A stretch of 63,767 bases of DNA, counting the filler, from Folioceros fuciformis (Eukaryota), in NCBI GenBank assembly GCA_049999805.1. It is 5 parts of 4 records of this genome, joined end to end, with 100 filler letters (N's around TTAATTAATTAA, not from the genome) between each part and the next. Parts side by side here need not be neighbours in the genome. Positions count along the whole stretch, not along the records: positions 1 to 18,092 come from JBNGIO010005682.1; 4 more parts are not named here. One strand, written 5' to 3'. The position numbers were made by a program, and so were the translations under genes. Shown here piece by piece: positions 1 to 10,730 of this stretch. Position 1 is the first letter of the stretch. Every line of letters begins with the position of its first letter. The notes under the pieces are model-generated. The model had not been told where the DNA came from. It ran no database searches and was given only the letters and a program-made list of their open reading frames with translations.

Positions 1-712
1 GGCGTTGCAAGATTAACTCGACCGTCTGCGGCCGGAATTCGGTCGCTCCCGACTAAATTTGCCCACACCCACGTCCTCACCTATTGCGCACGACACCCAC
101 GTTCACGACTGGTGCCGGCGGCGCCCATAGCGTCCGAGCCCGCTGTGCCCGTGGCGGTGCCCCCGCGGTCTGGCGCCTGCCACCTGCGCTTGCTGCGGCG
201 CTCTGGTGTGCCCACATTGCCTGCGCCCGCGGCCTGGCACCCACGGCGCCTCGCGATGCCGCTATCGCTGCCACAGCCTGAGCAAGGCACGNNNNNNNNN
301 NNNNNNNNNNNNNNNNNNNNNNNNNNNNNNNNNNNNNNNNNNNNNNNNNNNNNNNNNNNNNNNNNNNNNNNNNNNNNNNNNNNNNNNNNNNACACGATGG
401 GCCCAAGTCCGATTCTGGCCCTCTTGGCATTGCAAGATTAACTCGACCGTCTACGGTCGGAATTCGGTCGCTCTCGACTGAATTCGCCCATGCCCATGTC
501 CTAACTACTGCGCATGACACCCACGTTCACGACTGGTGCCGGCAGCGCCCACGGCGTCCGAGCCCGCTGTGCCCATGGCGGCGCCCCCGCGGTCTGGCGC
601 ATTCCGCCCGCGCTTACTGTGGCGCTCCGGTGCGCCCACATTGCTTGCGCTTGCGGCCTGGCACCCATGGCGCCTCGCGATGCCGATATTGCTGCCACAA
701 CCTAAGCAAGGC
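1..712. repeat. Diverged direct duplication (1-291 vs ~426-712) flanking a 100-N gap, internal to a minus-strand LTR element
   Basis: GCAAGATTAACTCGACCGTCT recurs at ~7 and ~432. The following ~280 nt align with many transitions. Confidence 0.8.
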
Positions 713-865
713 ACGGCTGGAGCCTGTTGCACTCCGGGCAGCAGGTGGCCTCAAACGGCCACCAGGATTCTTCCTTCACTCCGAAGCCTTCCTCATGCCT
801 CGGTGCACCTCGTCCACAGCACCTGCCATCACCCTCTGCTCCACAGTCCTAGCTCCACAACCTGC

Positions 866-877
866 GCTTTGATACCA
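866..877 (-). promoter_or_regulatory. Primer-binding site (tRNA-iMet type)
   Basis: Reverse complement reads TGGTATCAAAGC, one mismatch from the plant tRNAi-Met PBS TGGTATCAGAGC. Confidence 0.75.
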
Positions 878-1237
878 GTTAAAAGGATCGATAGAGGAGC
901 ATGGTGAAGGAGAGGAGAGAAGAAGAGAGGAGGAGAGGAGAAAGAGAGGTCTCACAGTGTCTCTCATAGCTCTATTGCAAAGGGAGCTCAAGAGGGTATT
1001 TATACCCTTTAGAAAAGCTCCCAAAGGAAGCTTCACAGGAAGCTTCACAAGAAGCTTCACAAGAAGCTCACAGGAAGCTATGTAGGAAGCTTCCTAAAGA
1101 TTAGCTTAAGCTAATCTAAACTAATGATACTTAATTAGACACTAATCTTAGACTAATTACATTAGTCTAATTAAACTAATCACATTAGTTTAATTAGACT
1201 AATCGCATTAGTCTAAGCACATTGGGCTTTAATAACC
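878..1237 (-). mobile_element. Putative 5' LTR of a minus-strand LTR retrotransposon
   Basis: Abuts the PBS. Contains a TATA-like GTATAAATA and a CT-rich tract on the minus strand. Has ATCGATCCT just before the PBS, as in the LTR ending at 15528. The outer boundary is approximate. Confidence 0.55.
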
Positions 1238-2058
1238 CTACATTACTCTGATTAGTTGGGGCTGGATTCACTTCTTGTAGGCAAGAGGGTGCAAGTTGCA
1301 CTACTGGCTTGTGAAAGTCAAGGTTTGCCAGTCGTACAGCCCACAAATTGGCGCCAAGCCACAATTGGCAATGTGCTGGTGGACAACCGTGGCAGCCACG
1401 TGCTGGTGAATGGGTTTGCGCCTAGAGTAGTGTTGTTGGACACATGAGCACAACCATTTATCATAGGAAAGGCTCTAGCTGCCAGGCTACAACTGGAAGG
1501 CAGTGCTTTGCAGCCGTCCCCCTAGAATATTCGCACAGCATTAGGAGCGATTGCGGCTGTCAAAGGGGAAACCACCCAACCAGTCAAGATCACTTTGAAG
1601 CCCAACACAGCGGATGAGGTGAGCTTGACGGTGTGCTGCCTAGTCACTAGAGCCACCAATTATGACATTCTGTTGGGATAGGAAGTTTTGTTCCCTCTAG
1701 GAGTTTCTATTGACAACTGGACAGAACATGCCTTTTACAGGCCAGGTTGGCAACAAGGGGGAAAGCGCATTGCTTACCTGCCGCTAGATTTGCATGGCAC
1801 CACACAAGCAGCCGAGGCCACACTAGTGGTAAGGCAAGCCTGCATGGTGCAGATCTAGCCATGGGAGGATGGGACAATGCCCTCATTACCACAAGACCAC
1901 CTCACTCAAGTATGGCTAGCTAAGTATGGGGAGGACGAAGACATTCTTGTCCCTGCCCTTGAAGAAGATGCACTGGTCCCATCTGGAGTCTTCATAGCTA
2001 GCGAGGGCCGTCTACAGCAAGCACAGGAGACTATCACTCGTGTCATGCAAGTACTGCA
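1238..2058 (+). pseudogene. Decayed Gypsy-type aspartic protease plus linker, related to the DNMT-bearing element at 8800-10839
   Basis: Reads VVLLDT*AQP (LLDTG active site with a stop) ... CLVTRATNYDILLG*EVLFPLGVSIDNWTEHAFY, then EGRLQQAQETITRVMQVL. This is colinear with 9260-9700. Cut by a Copia LTR at 2059. Confidence 0.75.
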
Positions 2059-2213
2059 TGCTAGAAGAAAAGATGCTAGTGCACAAGTTGCATAAAATGA
2101 CAATTAATTAAACTCAACCAAACAAAAAGGTATTATATACAAAGTGTCTTTTCATAACTATGGTTAATTAACCCTAAGGTAGGTTATACTAAAATAACCC
2201 CTTATTATTAACA
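2059..2213 (-). repeat. 3' LTR of Copia 2059-8370
   Basis: TGCTAGAAG...TATTAACA, adjacent to the PPT. Confidence 0.95.
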
Positions 2214-2821
2214 CTCCCACTTAACCTACTCTTAGGTTAAAGGTAGAATCCCTCTGAGGTTAAAAGTAAAAAAAAAACTTAACCACCGGGAAAACTTCAT
2301 AACGGAACGGTGTCACGCAACGGAACGGAACAGAAAAACCCCAGAGAACGTGCAGCGGGAAATTAAAGCCGCATAAACTTGCACATGCGGAAACCAACTC
2401 ACGAAATCCCCACGGCGATTTGCACACGCACGGCCGCTACACGAGAACGGCCCACAACGAGAACACATGCGCGGCACATAACACACAGAGCACGAAGCCA
2501 GCTTGTGATCCGCGAGTCCTCTACAGGATATCGCGATGCCGCCGCAAGGCACCCATCCAGCAATCCGGCGCAGGACTTGTCCTGCTGCCTCGCAAGCGCG
2601 GCGCGATCCCGCTGCTGGTTCAGCTCGGGCTGATGAAATGCCAGAAGGCTCACAACCCAGCCATCCAGAGATTGAGGAACGACGCAGGCTAACCTCGTCC
2701 TCGTTCTTGCTCTGCTCTCGATCTGATCACCTTTGCTTTCGGTCTTGGCAGGTCTCGCGGAGTGCTGTTGGTTCACGCTCACCATCTCATCACGTTCAGG
2801 CTCAGCACCTGCAGGGCTTCC

Positions 2822-3018
2822 ATGGCGCGGACTAAGCAGAAAAAGAGGCGCCAAGGCCAGCCCGCTGTGGAGGAAGAGTGTGAGGAGACCATCAGCACTG
2901 AAGCATCGAGTGAGAAGTGGTGGCCGACGCAGGCGAACCGAAACCAGATTGTTCACTTGCTCCAAACCTCGCAGAAGTGTGAGGAAATTGAGAACCTCCT
3001 CAAATCAGCCAGGCTGCG
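2822..3018 (+). CDS. Antisense ORF in the Copia 3' region beginning MARTKQKKRRQG, running into an N gap
   Basis: ATG in good context (TCCATGGCG). Open for 65 codons until the gap. No evidence of expression. Confidence 0.3.
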
Positions 3019-3118
3019 NNNNNNNNNNNNNNNNNNNNNNNNNNNNNNNNNNNNNNNNNNNNNNNNNNNNNNNNNNNNNNNNNNNNNNNNNNNNNNNNNN
3101 NNNNNNNNNNNNNNNNNN

Positions 3119-4797
3119 TTTGGTAGTCCTTTTGTTAGGAGATCAGCTGTGTTATCTTCAGTGTTCACATATTCAACTTTAACCAGTCCTCTCTCAGCCA
3201 CATCTCTTATATAGTGATGGTATAATTCGATGTGCTTTGTTCGAGCATGAAACCGGGGGTTGGACACAAGGGCAATAGTAGACATGTTGTCACATTTCAG
3301 CTGAGTTGATCCAACTTGTGTTTGTTGTACAGAATCAAGGAATTGGCGCTCCCACTCATCTTCTTTACATGCATCTGTTAAGGCCTTGTATTCAGCCTCA
3401 GTGGAGGACAAAGCTAACGATGTTTGCTTTTTGCAGCTCCAGCTGACAACACCTGAAGCCAAGATAAAGCAGTATACTGAAAGGCTCCTCCTAGTGTCAG
3501 AATCAGCTGCCCAATCAGCATCAACAAAAGAGGTCAGTATAAATTTATTATGTCCACTAGCTGTATAGTGAAGTCCCCAATTTAGTGTGCCTCTTAAATA
3601 CCGATAAATTCTCTTAACTGCTGACCAATGAGTTCTCCCAGGTGCCTTCAAGAAAACAATGCTAACAGCATAGGAAATATCTGGACGGGTCCAGTTAGCA
3701 AGGAAAATCAAGCAACCAACGGCTTCAGCATATGGAACAGTAGCCATATCAGTAAGTTCTTCAGAACTTTGACGAGATTGCACTGCTGTCAATTTTTCTC
3801 CCACTGCTGAAGGCGTAGTGACTGGTCTTGCTTCAGCTAAATTAAACCGTTTGAGTATTTCCATTATATATTTGGTCTGATGTAAGATTACCACTCCCTT
3901 GTCACGATGTCTCAGAATTTGAATACCCAAGCAATATTGCAGCTCACCTTGGTCAGTCATCTCAAACTCTGCCCTCGGCATGTCTTCGACTTTAGATAGT
4001 AAAGTCATATTGTTAGTAACAAGGATGGCATCATCCACATACAAGGCTAATATAACAAACTTGCTGTCTTCTGAAAAGAAGAAAACATTGGAGTCTGCAG
4101 GTGACTGTACAAAGCCAAGCTTCTGAAGGTATTTCACAATTCGTTTATACCAAGCTCGAGGACTTTGCTTTAATCCATAAATAGTTTTAAGTAGCTTACA
4201 TACTTTATTTGGATATTTCTTACTAACAAACCCCTCTGGCTGTTGCATGTACAGGGTTTCTTCAAGCTCTCCATGAAGAAAAGCGGTACACACGTCCATT
4301 TGGTGAACTTCCAAGTTATATTCAGCTGCCATAGCAAGGAGAATTCTAACAAATGGGGGTTTAACAAAAGGTGAGAAGGTATCACCATAATCCAAACCAG
4401 GTATTTGACTAAACCCTCTCGCTACAAGTCTTGATTTGTAACGTGCAACTGTGCCATCTGATTTGAGCTTTGTTTTAAAAGCCCATTTACAGCTGATTGG
4501 CTTATGCCCAGGTGGCAACTCCTCTAACACCCATGTGTTGTTTTTTACTAAGGAATTAAATTCATCATCAATGGAGATTCGCCACTTATCACCATCAGGG
4601 CCATTGATAGCCTCTGAATAGGATTGGGGGTCAGGTCTCACGTCAGGTACATATATTTCAGCAATATGGGCCTGTCTGAAATCAACTGATTCATATGGTT
4701 TCTCTAACCAATTCTCACGTGTACGCCTCTCTCTCATAGGATAACGAGGTTGATCCTGGATTTGGGCTTGTGGAACTTGAGGTAAGACCTCTGGCAC
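3119..4797 (-). CDS. Copia reverse transcriptase and RNase H
   Basis: Motifs RYKSRLVARGFSQ, QMDVCTAFLHG, YGLKQSPRAW, LYVDD, DADWAAD, SSTEAEY, DNMSTI, RTKHIE, ADLLTK. Confidence 0.93.
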
Positions 4798-4977
4798 AAT
4801 TTTAGCTGTACTGTGTGTAGAATGTTGAGAGGNNNNNNNNNNNNNNNNNNNNNNNNNNNNNNNNNNNNNNNNNNNNNNNNNNNNNNNNNNNNNNNNNNNN
4901 NNNNNNNNNNNNNNNNNNNNNNNNNNNNNNNNCTCAAGGTCACCCTCAGCATCTTCATCTTGTATTTGATTAAAATG

Positions 4978-7356
4978 CTATTGTATATTTGAGCCATCTT
5001 CTGAATAAGACAGGTCTTCATGAGCATCTTCTACAGATGTTGAAGCTTCAGGACGTGGTGAAGACAACTCTTCAAATGTCACACTCCTAGCTAAGGTAAT
5101 AGCTGAAGTATTGGAGTCAAATAATTTATATGCCTTAGATTCTTCAGAATAGCCTAGGAAAATTAGAGCCTTTGCCCTATCATCTAACTTCCTGCGTTTC
5201 TGTTGAGGAATAAAGGCAAATGCAAGGGAACCAAAAACTCTTAGGTGAAGCAAGCTTGGTTTTCTTCCCCAGAATGATTCATAGGGAGTTTTATCAGGCA
5301 CGGACTTTGTCAACACTCTATTTAGAATGTAAGTTGCTGTGACTATAGCCTGAGCCCAGAAACGCTTTGAAAGTCCTGCCCATGAAAGCATGCTTCGAGT
5401 CATTCCCATAAGTGTTTGGTTCTTGCGTTCTGCCACACCATTTTGCTGTTGCGTATATGGTATGGAAAATTGCCTTGTGATTCCAAACTGATCAAATAGG
5501 GAGTCATATTTGTGACCTACAAATTCACCTCCATTATCTGATCTCATACACTTGACTAACTTTCCAGTTTGCCTTTGTACCATAGGTATCCAGGATGATA
5601 TCTTGTCAAAAGCATCACTTTTCTGTTTAAGAGGAAAGGTCCAAGTGTACCTACTGAAATCATCAGTTAAGGTTAAGTAGTACTCCGCTCCTCCTAGCGA
5701 AGGTACCTGTATCTTCCCAGCAATGTCCATGTGAATCAATCCTAGAACGCAATCAGCTCTTGTAGCATTTTTGTTCTTGAAAGGAAGCTCCTTTTGTTTA
5801 GAGAGTACACATGACTTGCAGACTGGAAGGTGCTTAAAGCATGAAGGTAACTTTTCTTTATAATAGTCACCTGTGGACATTAAGTCTAGCTTGACCTTAT
5901 TTACATGTCCAAGTCTAGCATGCCATAGATTTGCTAGAGACTTAGATGTAGCAACATTCACAGTTGGACTATGATCTCCCACTGAAAGCTGATAGAGATC
6001 ATTCTTAAGTAACCCTCTAGCTAAACACACACTAGGTTGTGTTATGCTATACAAACAGCAGGAGTCCTTCTCAAAGCGAAAAGCAAACTCTGACATTTGT
6101 GTAAGTGCTCTAATTGACAACAGGTTCTTTGACATGTCAGGAACATAAAGTACATCCTGCAATTCAAGAGTGAATTCACTAGAGACAGGTACACTTACTG
6201 TTCCACTTCCTAGTACCTTCACAGCACGTGAATCTCCCACATACACTGACTGTGGGAATGATTGTCTAATGAAGGTAGTGAACAGGTGGCGATTGTTACA
6301 CACATGTGAGGTCGCCCTTGAGTCAATGAACCAAAGAGAGGGATGCTCTCTTGTTGAAGTCAAGCAGACGGTCAACACTGTTGAGCTGCTCTTTTGAGCA
6401 ATTTGGGTACTAGAAGATTTGTTGCCTCTTTCAGCAACATGAGCTTCAAGTTTTGGCTCCTTGCGAGCTTCTCCTGATTTCTTCTTATGACACTCTCTTT
6501 CCCAGTGGCCAGGGAGCTGACACCAATTACAATTGCCTTGCCTTTTGGGATTTCCAGGTGGGGTTTTCTTACCCTTACCCTTCCCCTTCCCAAAAGGCTT
6601 CTTCATTGCAACTAACACTTTCTCTGTTCTAACCTTTGTAGAACCAGAAGGCCGATGGCGAGTCTGCTCCTCTTGATGGAGAGCTCCCACTAGCTCATTG
6701 AAAGTGAGGGTGGCAGCACCACCTGCTTTAACTGCGGCAACAGAGGTGCGCAAGGCTACATTCTGTGTGGACACAAAGTTTTGATAGGAGGAAGGAAGAC
6801 TGGACAACAATTGTGCAACTGTGTCTATATGAGATACAGTTCCACCAAGCTGAACAATTTGTTGTCTCAAGTAGCGGAAGCGGGTAATGTGAGCACTCAT
6901 TGTATCTCCCTCCTTCATTCTAAGTCCATAGAATTCATTCCTAGCAGCAACAAGAGTCAATATATTCCTTACTTGATATGTATCATGTAGTTGTGTCCAG
7001 ACATCTGCTGCAGTTGGTAGAAACTCCACCTCCATAGCTGTGGCCTCATCAAGGCCTGAAAGTAGCATAGCAAATGCCAGTTTGTTACCCTTTTTCCATT
7101 TATCAATTTCAGTTTGTTGTGCTGCAGGGCCAGGTTGTTCAAAGGTGCCATCCACAAATTCCAGAACATCACGGGCATCAAGAAGGGCCTTCATTTTGGC
7201 ACGCCAACTCTCAAATCGCTGTGGCTTGCCATCAAAGCGGTCCTTTTCTTTGAAGTCACCAGAGAATGCAGACGTTGTAGCAGAAGACATGTTTGCTGAC
7301 CCACCAAGTAAGCTAGAAGCAGCCAATTGTGAAATAAGCTGATCTAAAGCAGACAT
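4978..7356 (-). CDS. Copia Gag-protease-integrase polyprotein
   Basis: Zn knuckle CNWCQLPGHWEREC, protease WFIDSRATSH (DSG mutated), LWHARLGH...CKSC, and integrase HMDI/SDNGGEF/QQNGVAERKN. Confidence 0.93.
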   Translation of the reverse strand: MSALDQLISQLAASSLLGGSANMSSATTSAFSGDFKEKDRFDGKPQRFESWRAKMKALLDARDVLEFVDGTFEQPGPAAQQTEIDKWKKGNKLAFAMLLSGLDEATAMEVEFLPTAADVWTQLHDTYQVRNILTLVAARNEFYGLRMKEGDTMSAHITRFRYLRQQIVQLGGTVSHIDTVAQLLSSLPSSYQNFVSTQNVALRTSVAAVKAGGAATLTFNELVGALHQEEQTRHRPSGSTKVRTEKVLVAMKKPFGKGKGKGKKTPPGNPKRQGNCNWCQLPGHWERECHKKKSGEARKEPKLEAHVAERGNKSSSTQIAQKSSSTVLTVCLTSTREHPSLWFIDSRATSHVCNNRHLFTTFIRQSFPQSVYVGDSRAVKVLGSGTVSVPVSSEFTLELQDVLYVPDMSKNLLSIRALTQMSEFAFRFEKDSCCLYSITQPSVCLARGLLKNDLYQLSVGDHSPTVNVATSKSLANLWHARLGHVNKVKLDLMSTGDYYKEKLPSCFKHLPVCKSCVLSKQKELPFKNKNATRADCVLGLIHMDIAGKIQVPSLGGAEYYLTLTDDFSRYTWTFPLKQKSDAFDKISSWIPMVQRQTGKLVKCMRSDNGGEFVGHKYDSLFDQFGITRQFSIPYTQQQNGVAERKNQTLMGMTRSMLSWAGLSKRFWAQAIVTATYILNRVLTKSVPDKTPYESFWGRKPSLLHLRVFGSLAFAFIPQQKRRKLDDRAKALIFLGYSEESKAYKLFDSNTSAITLARSVTFEELSSPRPEASTSVEDAHEDLSYSEDGSNIQ

Positions 7357-7622
7357 GTGCAGACAAAGTGGAAAAAGGAGCAGATATGAAGAGGCCTAGC
7401 ACTACAAACACATGAAGAGGCATGTGAGGTAAGCAAAAGACCCATTCAATGTGAAAAGCTACCCTAATTTAATTAAAAATAGAATTAAATTAAATTAAAG
7501 GTCAGAACCCTAACTGCCAACCAATCAAAAGGAACTAACTTTGGCAGTTGCTGGTGCTTTTTGCAGGCACCCTTTCATCACAACCTTTCAGGACAGGCTG
7601 TGGCTTTTGCTATCTGAAGGTA

Positions 7623-8078
7623 TCAACTAGATTGATGACCCAAATTTGCTTGAAAATTAGCAAAATTGGAGTGATTAGAAGTAGACTGTGCAGGTGCAAT
7701 TTGAAATTCATACAATCTATTAACTGTTGCAGAAACATCTTGCAAAATTAACAGCAAAAATTCCAAACGATCCTCCAAAGCCTCAATTCTTTCAGGTACT
7801 TGATCAAGCCAAACCAGCCTGTTGTTCATTTGTTGGAGAAGACGCCTCTGAATCTCTCTAGCACCTGAATTGACCCTCTCAGCAGCAATTCTGAGGGAAT
7901 TGTGTTGTGCAGGATGCAAGCGAGGAGGTGGGCACCTACTACCCCTAGCACAGTGAAACTGTGGGTTTGTAGAGTAGAATGTAGGTGACTGTAGTGGGGA
8001 TTGCTGCTCTCTCTGCAATCTTTGGCCTTGTGAAGGCTTGAAGCTAGAAGAACAATAGCTTCCCCTTCTCCTCGTCAT
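7623..8078 (-). CDS. Extra sense ORF (151 aa) between PBS and gag, coiled-coil-like
   Basis: Uninterrupted ATG-TAG frame, MTRRRG...LDQVPERIEALEDRLEFLLLILQDVSATVNRL. Confidence 0.45.
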   Translation of the reverse strand: MTRRRGSYCSSSFKPSQGQRLQREQQSPLQSPTFYSTNPQFHCARGSRCPPPRLHPAQHNSLRIAAERVNSGAREIQRRLLQQMNNRLVWLDQVPERIEALEDRLEFLLLILQDVSATVNRLYEFQIAPAQSTSNHSNFANFQANLGHQSS

Positions 8079-8215
8079 CCTACACAAAATTCACTAGCAT
8101 AAATGCATTTTAAAACTCTAAGTAGCACTCTATGCTAGACAATAGAAGTAGAGACAATCTTCTTCTACAATTAGCCATAGGACTACTAGATAAAAATGCA
8201 TGGGCTCTGATACCA

Positions 8216-8370
8216 TGCTAGAAAAAAAGATGCTAGTGCACAAGTTGCATAAAAATGACAATTAATTAAACTCAACCAAAAAAAAGGTATTATATACAAA
8301 GTGTCTTTTCATAACTATGGTTAATTAACCCTAAGGTAGGTTATACTAAAATAACCCCTTATTATTAACA
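8216..8370 (-). repeat. 5' LTR of Copia 2059-8370
   Basis: Near-identical to 2059-2213 and adjacent to the PBS at 8204-8215. Confidence 0.95.
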
Positions 8371-8799
8371 CCGTGTCCTTTCCAAAGTTCTCTTGAATAC
8401 CATTCTTACCACCCCTGAACTTGCCTCCTTATAACGTTCCATTGGCACTGTGCTAGAAGCGCATTTTAGACAAATCGTGCACGAGTGATTGGGAATGGAT
8501 CCCTAAGGTAACCTTTCCGTCTGGTGTGTTCTTCTGGAACTTCGCTTAGTGAATGGACCATTGCTGACCATGCTCGTACCCACTTTGCCTCGTTGCCCGC
8601 TCCGACTCCCACTTCTCATATCGCCCTCGCGATACCCATCCCTCTCTGTTGGAGTCGCCCGCTGGTGCAACGCGCTTACTGACACTGCGAGTTGCCTAGT
8701 CGGACTAGTTGGCCCGCTTGCTGCTCTGGTGAAGTTGAGTTCCTGTACTTTGACCAGCTTGCCTCCTTGCCGCCTTATTAGATGTCAGAGGCTTTGCCT

Positions 8800-9771
8800 T
8801 GAGAGAGTACGACACTCACCCAAGCCAGCCAGTGTTGCTGAACTGGTCAGAGACAAGGAGGAGGATTACGACTCACCACATCAAGTGTGTGTCGCCAACC
8901 GAATGGAGGCTAACATGGCAATTGCTGAGTTACCATAGATGTGGGTAGCGCAACATTTATACCCACCAGTGTTGGAGACAACAACAAGGCCAGTCACTTG
9001 GCAATGAGGTGTGAGGGCGCTCATGACCCAATCGTTTACATCACTGCCGCCAAGAAGTGCAACCCTAGTCCGAGGGCAAGAGCATTCCACCTTGGAAGGA
9101 AGGTCACAAGCAATAGACAAGCCTCCATTGTAGCCGCAAGTGGTAGTCAATGGGCCAGTCTACTTGATGCCTAGGGCTTTCATTGCAGAACAACTATATG
9201 AGAAACAAACTGGCATCCCTCTATTTTCTTTGCAACACAGGGCTAGGACATTGAGTCTTCCATGCCTAGTGACAACAGCCACGAACTATGATGCGCTGTT
9301 GGGGCAAGAATTCTTATTTCCACAAGGTTTGATTGTGGACAATTGGACAGAGCAGGCATACTATCGTTCAGATTGGAAGCAAGGAAGGAGGGAGAAGGCT
9401 GGCATACTTATCCTTCAATTGCATGACATGTCAAAGGCCGACACAGCTACACTTGTGGATCCACAAGCCTGTACGCGGTCGTGGTTAGTGAGGGAACACT
9501 GCTAGCTAACAACAATTTGCAAGATGAGGACCACGTGGAATCAGAGCAAGAGGATGAGAGCTTTGACAGCTACTCCAACAGCACCATAGCTACATGCAGA
9601 TTGACAGATCTGATCAAGGCCGCTCACCATTCCACACAGGTTGAAGGTGTGCTACAAGTTGCTCATGAGCATATCCAACATGTGCAAGCTCTATTGCAGC
9701 TAGGACTCAAGGACTCCATGCAAGAGCATGTTGTCAAGTCTCAAGTGATTGATTGGCCCATCCCAGCCGTT
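8800..9771 (+). pseudogene. Decayed Gypsy-type polyprotein segment (protease C-terminal half plus acidic linker)
   Basis: CLVTTATNYDALLGQEFLFPQGLIVDNWTEQAYYR matches the retropepsin D-x-L-L-G region at 1640-1740. The catalytic DTG part appears deleted. The left boundary is approximate. Confidence 0.65.
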
Positions 9772-10730
9772 GGCCTTTTTCTTGTGGAGCTGTTTGGTGG
9801 CATGTGTACTAGCCTAGAGGCTTTGCTAAAAGCATGCCTCCCTATTAGGCATTATGTATATTGCGAGAGCAGTGGGGAAGCACGGCAGATAGCTGCTCAT
9901 TGCTTACAGGAGGTCCGTAGTAGGTTCCCCACACAACTACCGGAGGCAACCTTAGCTGCCACATTCTCAGCACTGCCTCAAGACGTCAGGTACATCCAGC
10001 AAGGCCATATCTAGGCCTTGGGATCCATAGATGTGCTAATATCTGGGCGGGAATGCCAGGGGTTCTCCCAAGCAGGCACAAGAGCGGGGTTGGAGGACCA
10101 TCACACTGGATTCTTTCGAGACCTGCATGAGATCTTGGCATGGGTGCAACAGGAAAATCCACAGTGTGGTTATCTCCTTGAGAGCACCCCAGTGCAGCTT
10201 GACAAGAGAGACCCCGTGTAGCAGGACATGGCAGTCATGGAGCACCATCTTAGGGCTCCCTTTCTTTTAGATTCTATCCAGGTGGGCAATTATGCGCACT
10301 GTTTGTGCAACTATTGGACCAACCTCATCCTTGGTTCAGTCTTGGTGCTTGCGCTTCGCAACACAAAGCGGGATCCCACCTTGCGACTACAGGATGTGAT
10401 GGATGTAGATCATGAACCCAGGCCTGTGCTCACTAGTGAGCGACCACCCTGGTATCCAACCAACACACCTGGTCAGCCTCACAAAACATTGCCTACCTTG
10501 GTGAGCTTTCCTAGTTCCTTTGCCCATCACGGTAATGGCGATGGACTGTTGTACAACATTGGCACAAAGCAATGGGAAGAGCCCCGCATTGACGAACATG
10601 AGCAGATCATGGGCTTTCCACCACATGCCACAACAACACCGAAGGTTATTGTCTCTCAACGTTGTGTCGCTATCGGTCAAGCTATGGAATTGCACGCCAT
10701 CACTTGGCTTGTCAGCTTATGCTTGGCTTT
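9772..10730 (+). pseudogene. Dnmt3-like C5 cytosine DNA methyltransferase, copy 1 (two in-frame stops)
   Basis: Motif I LVELFGG; motif III-IV QDVRYIQQGHI*ALGSIDVLISGRECQGFS; GLEDHHTGFF; VI YLLEST; VIII YAHCLCNYWTN; IX EHEQIMGFP; X QRCVAIGQAM. All are in one frame and in canonical order. Confidence 0.88.

Larger units (their letters stand above)
2059..8370 (-). mobile_element. Ty1/Copia LTR retrotransposon, LTR to LTR, with two internal N gaps
   Basis: 155-bp TG...CA LTRs at 2059-2213 and 8216-8370 with about 3 differences. PBS at 8204-8215 (rc TGGTATCAGAGC). PPT at 2214-2222 (rc AAGTGGGAG). Domain order gag-PR-INT-RT-RH. Confidence 0.95.

Noticed and set aside
2054-8375. Target-site duplication for Copia 2059-8370
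   Set aside because: Flanks CTGCA and CCGTG match at only 2 of 5 positions. CpG decay of CCGCG could explain this, but the left protein frame does not continue on the right and the element spans two N gaps, so no TSD is claimed.
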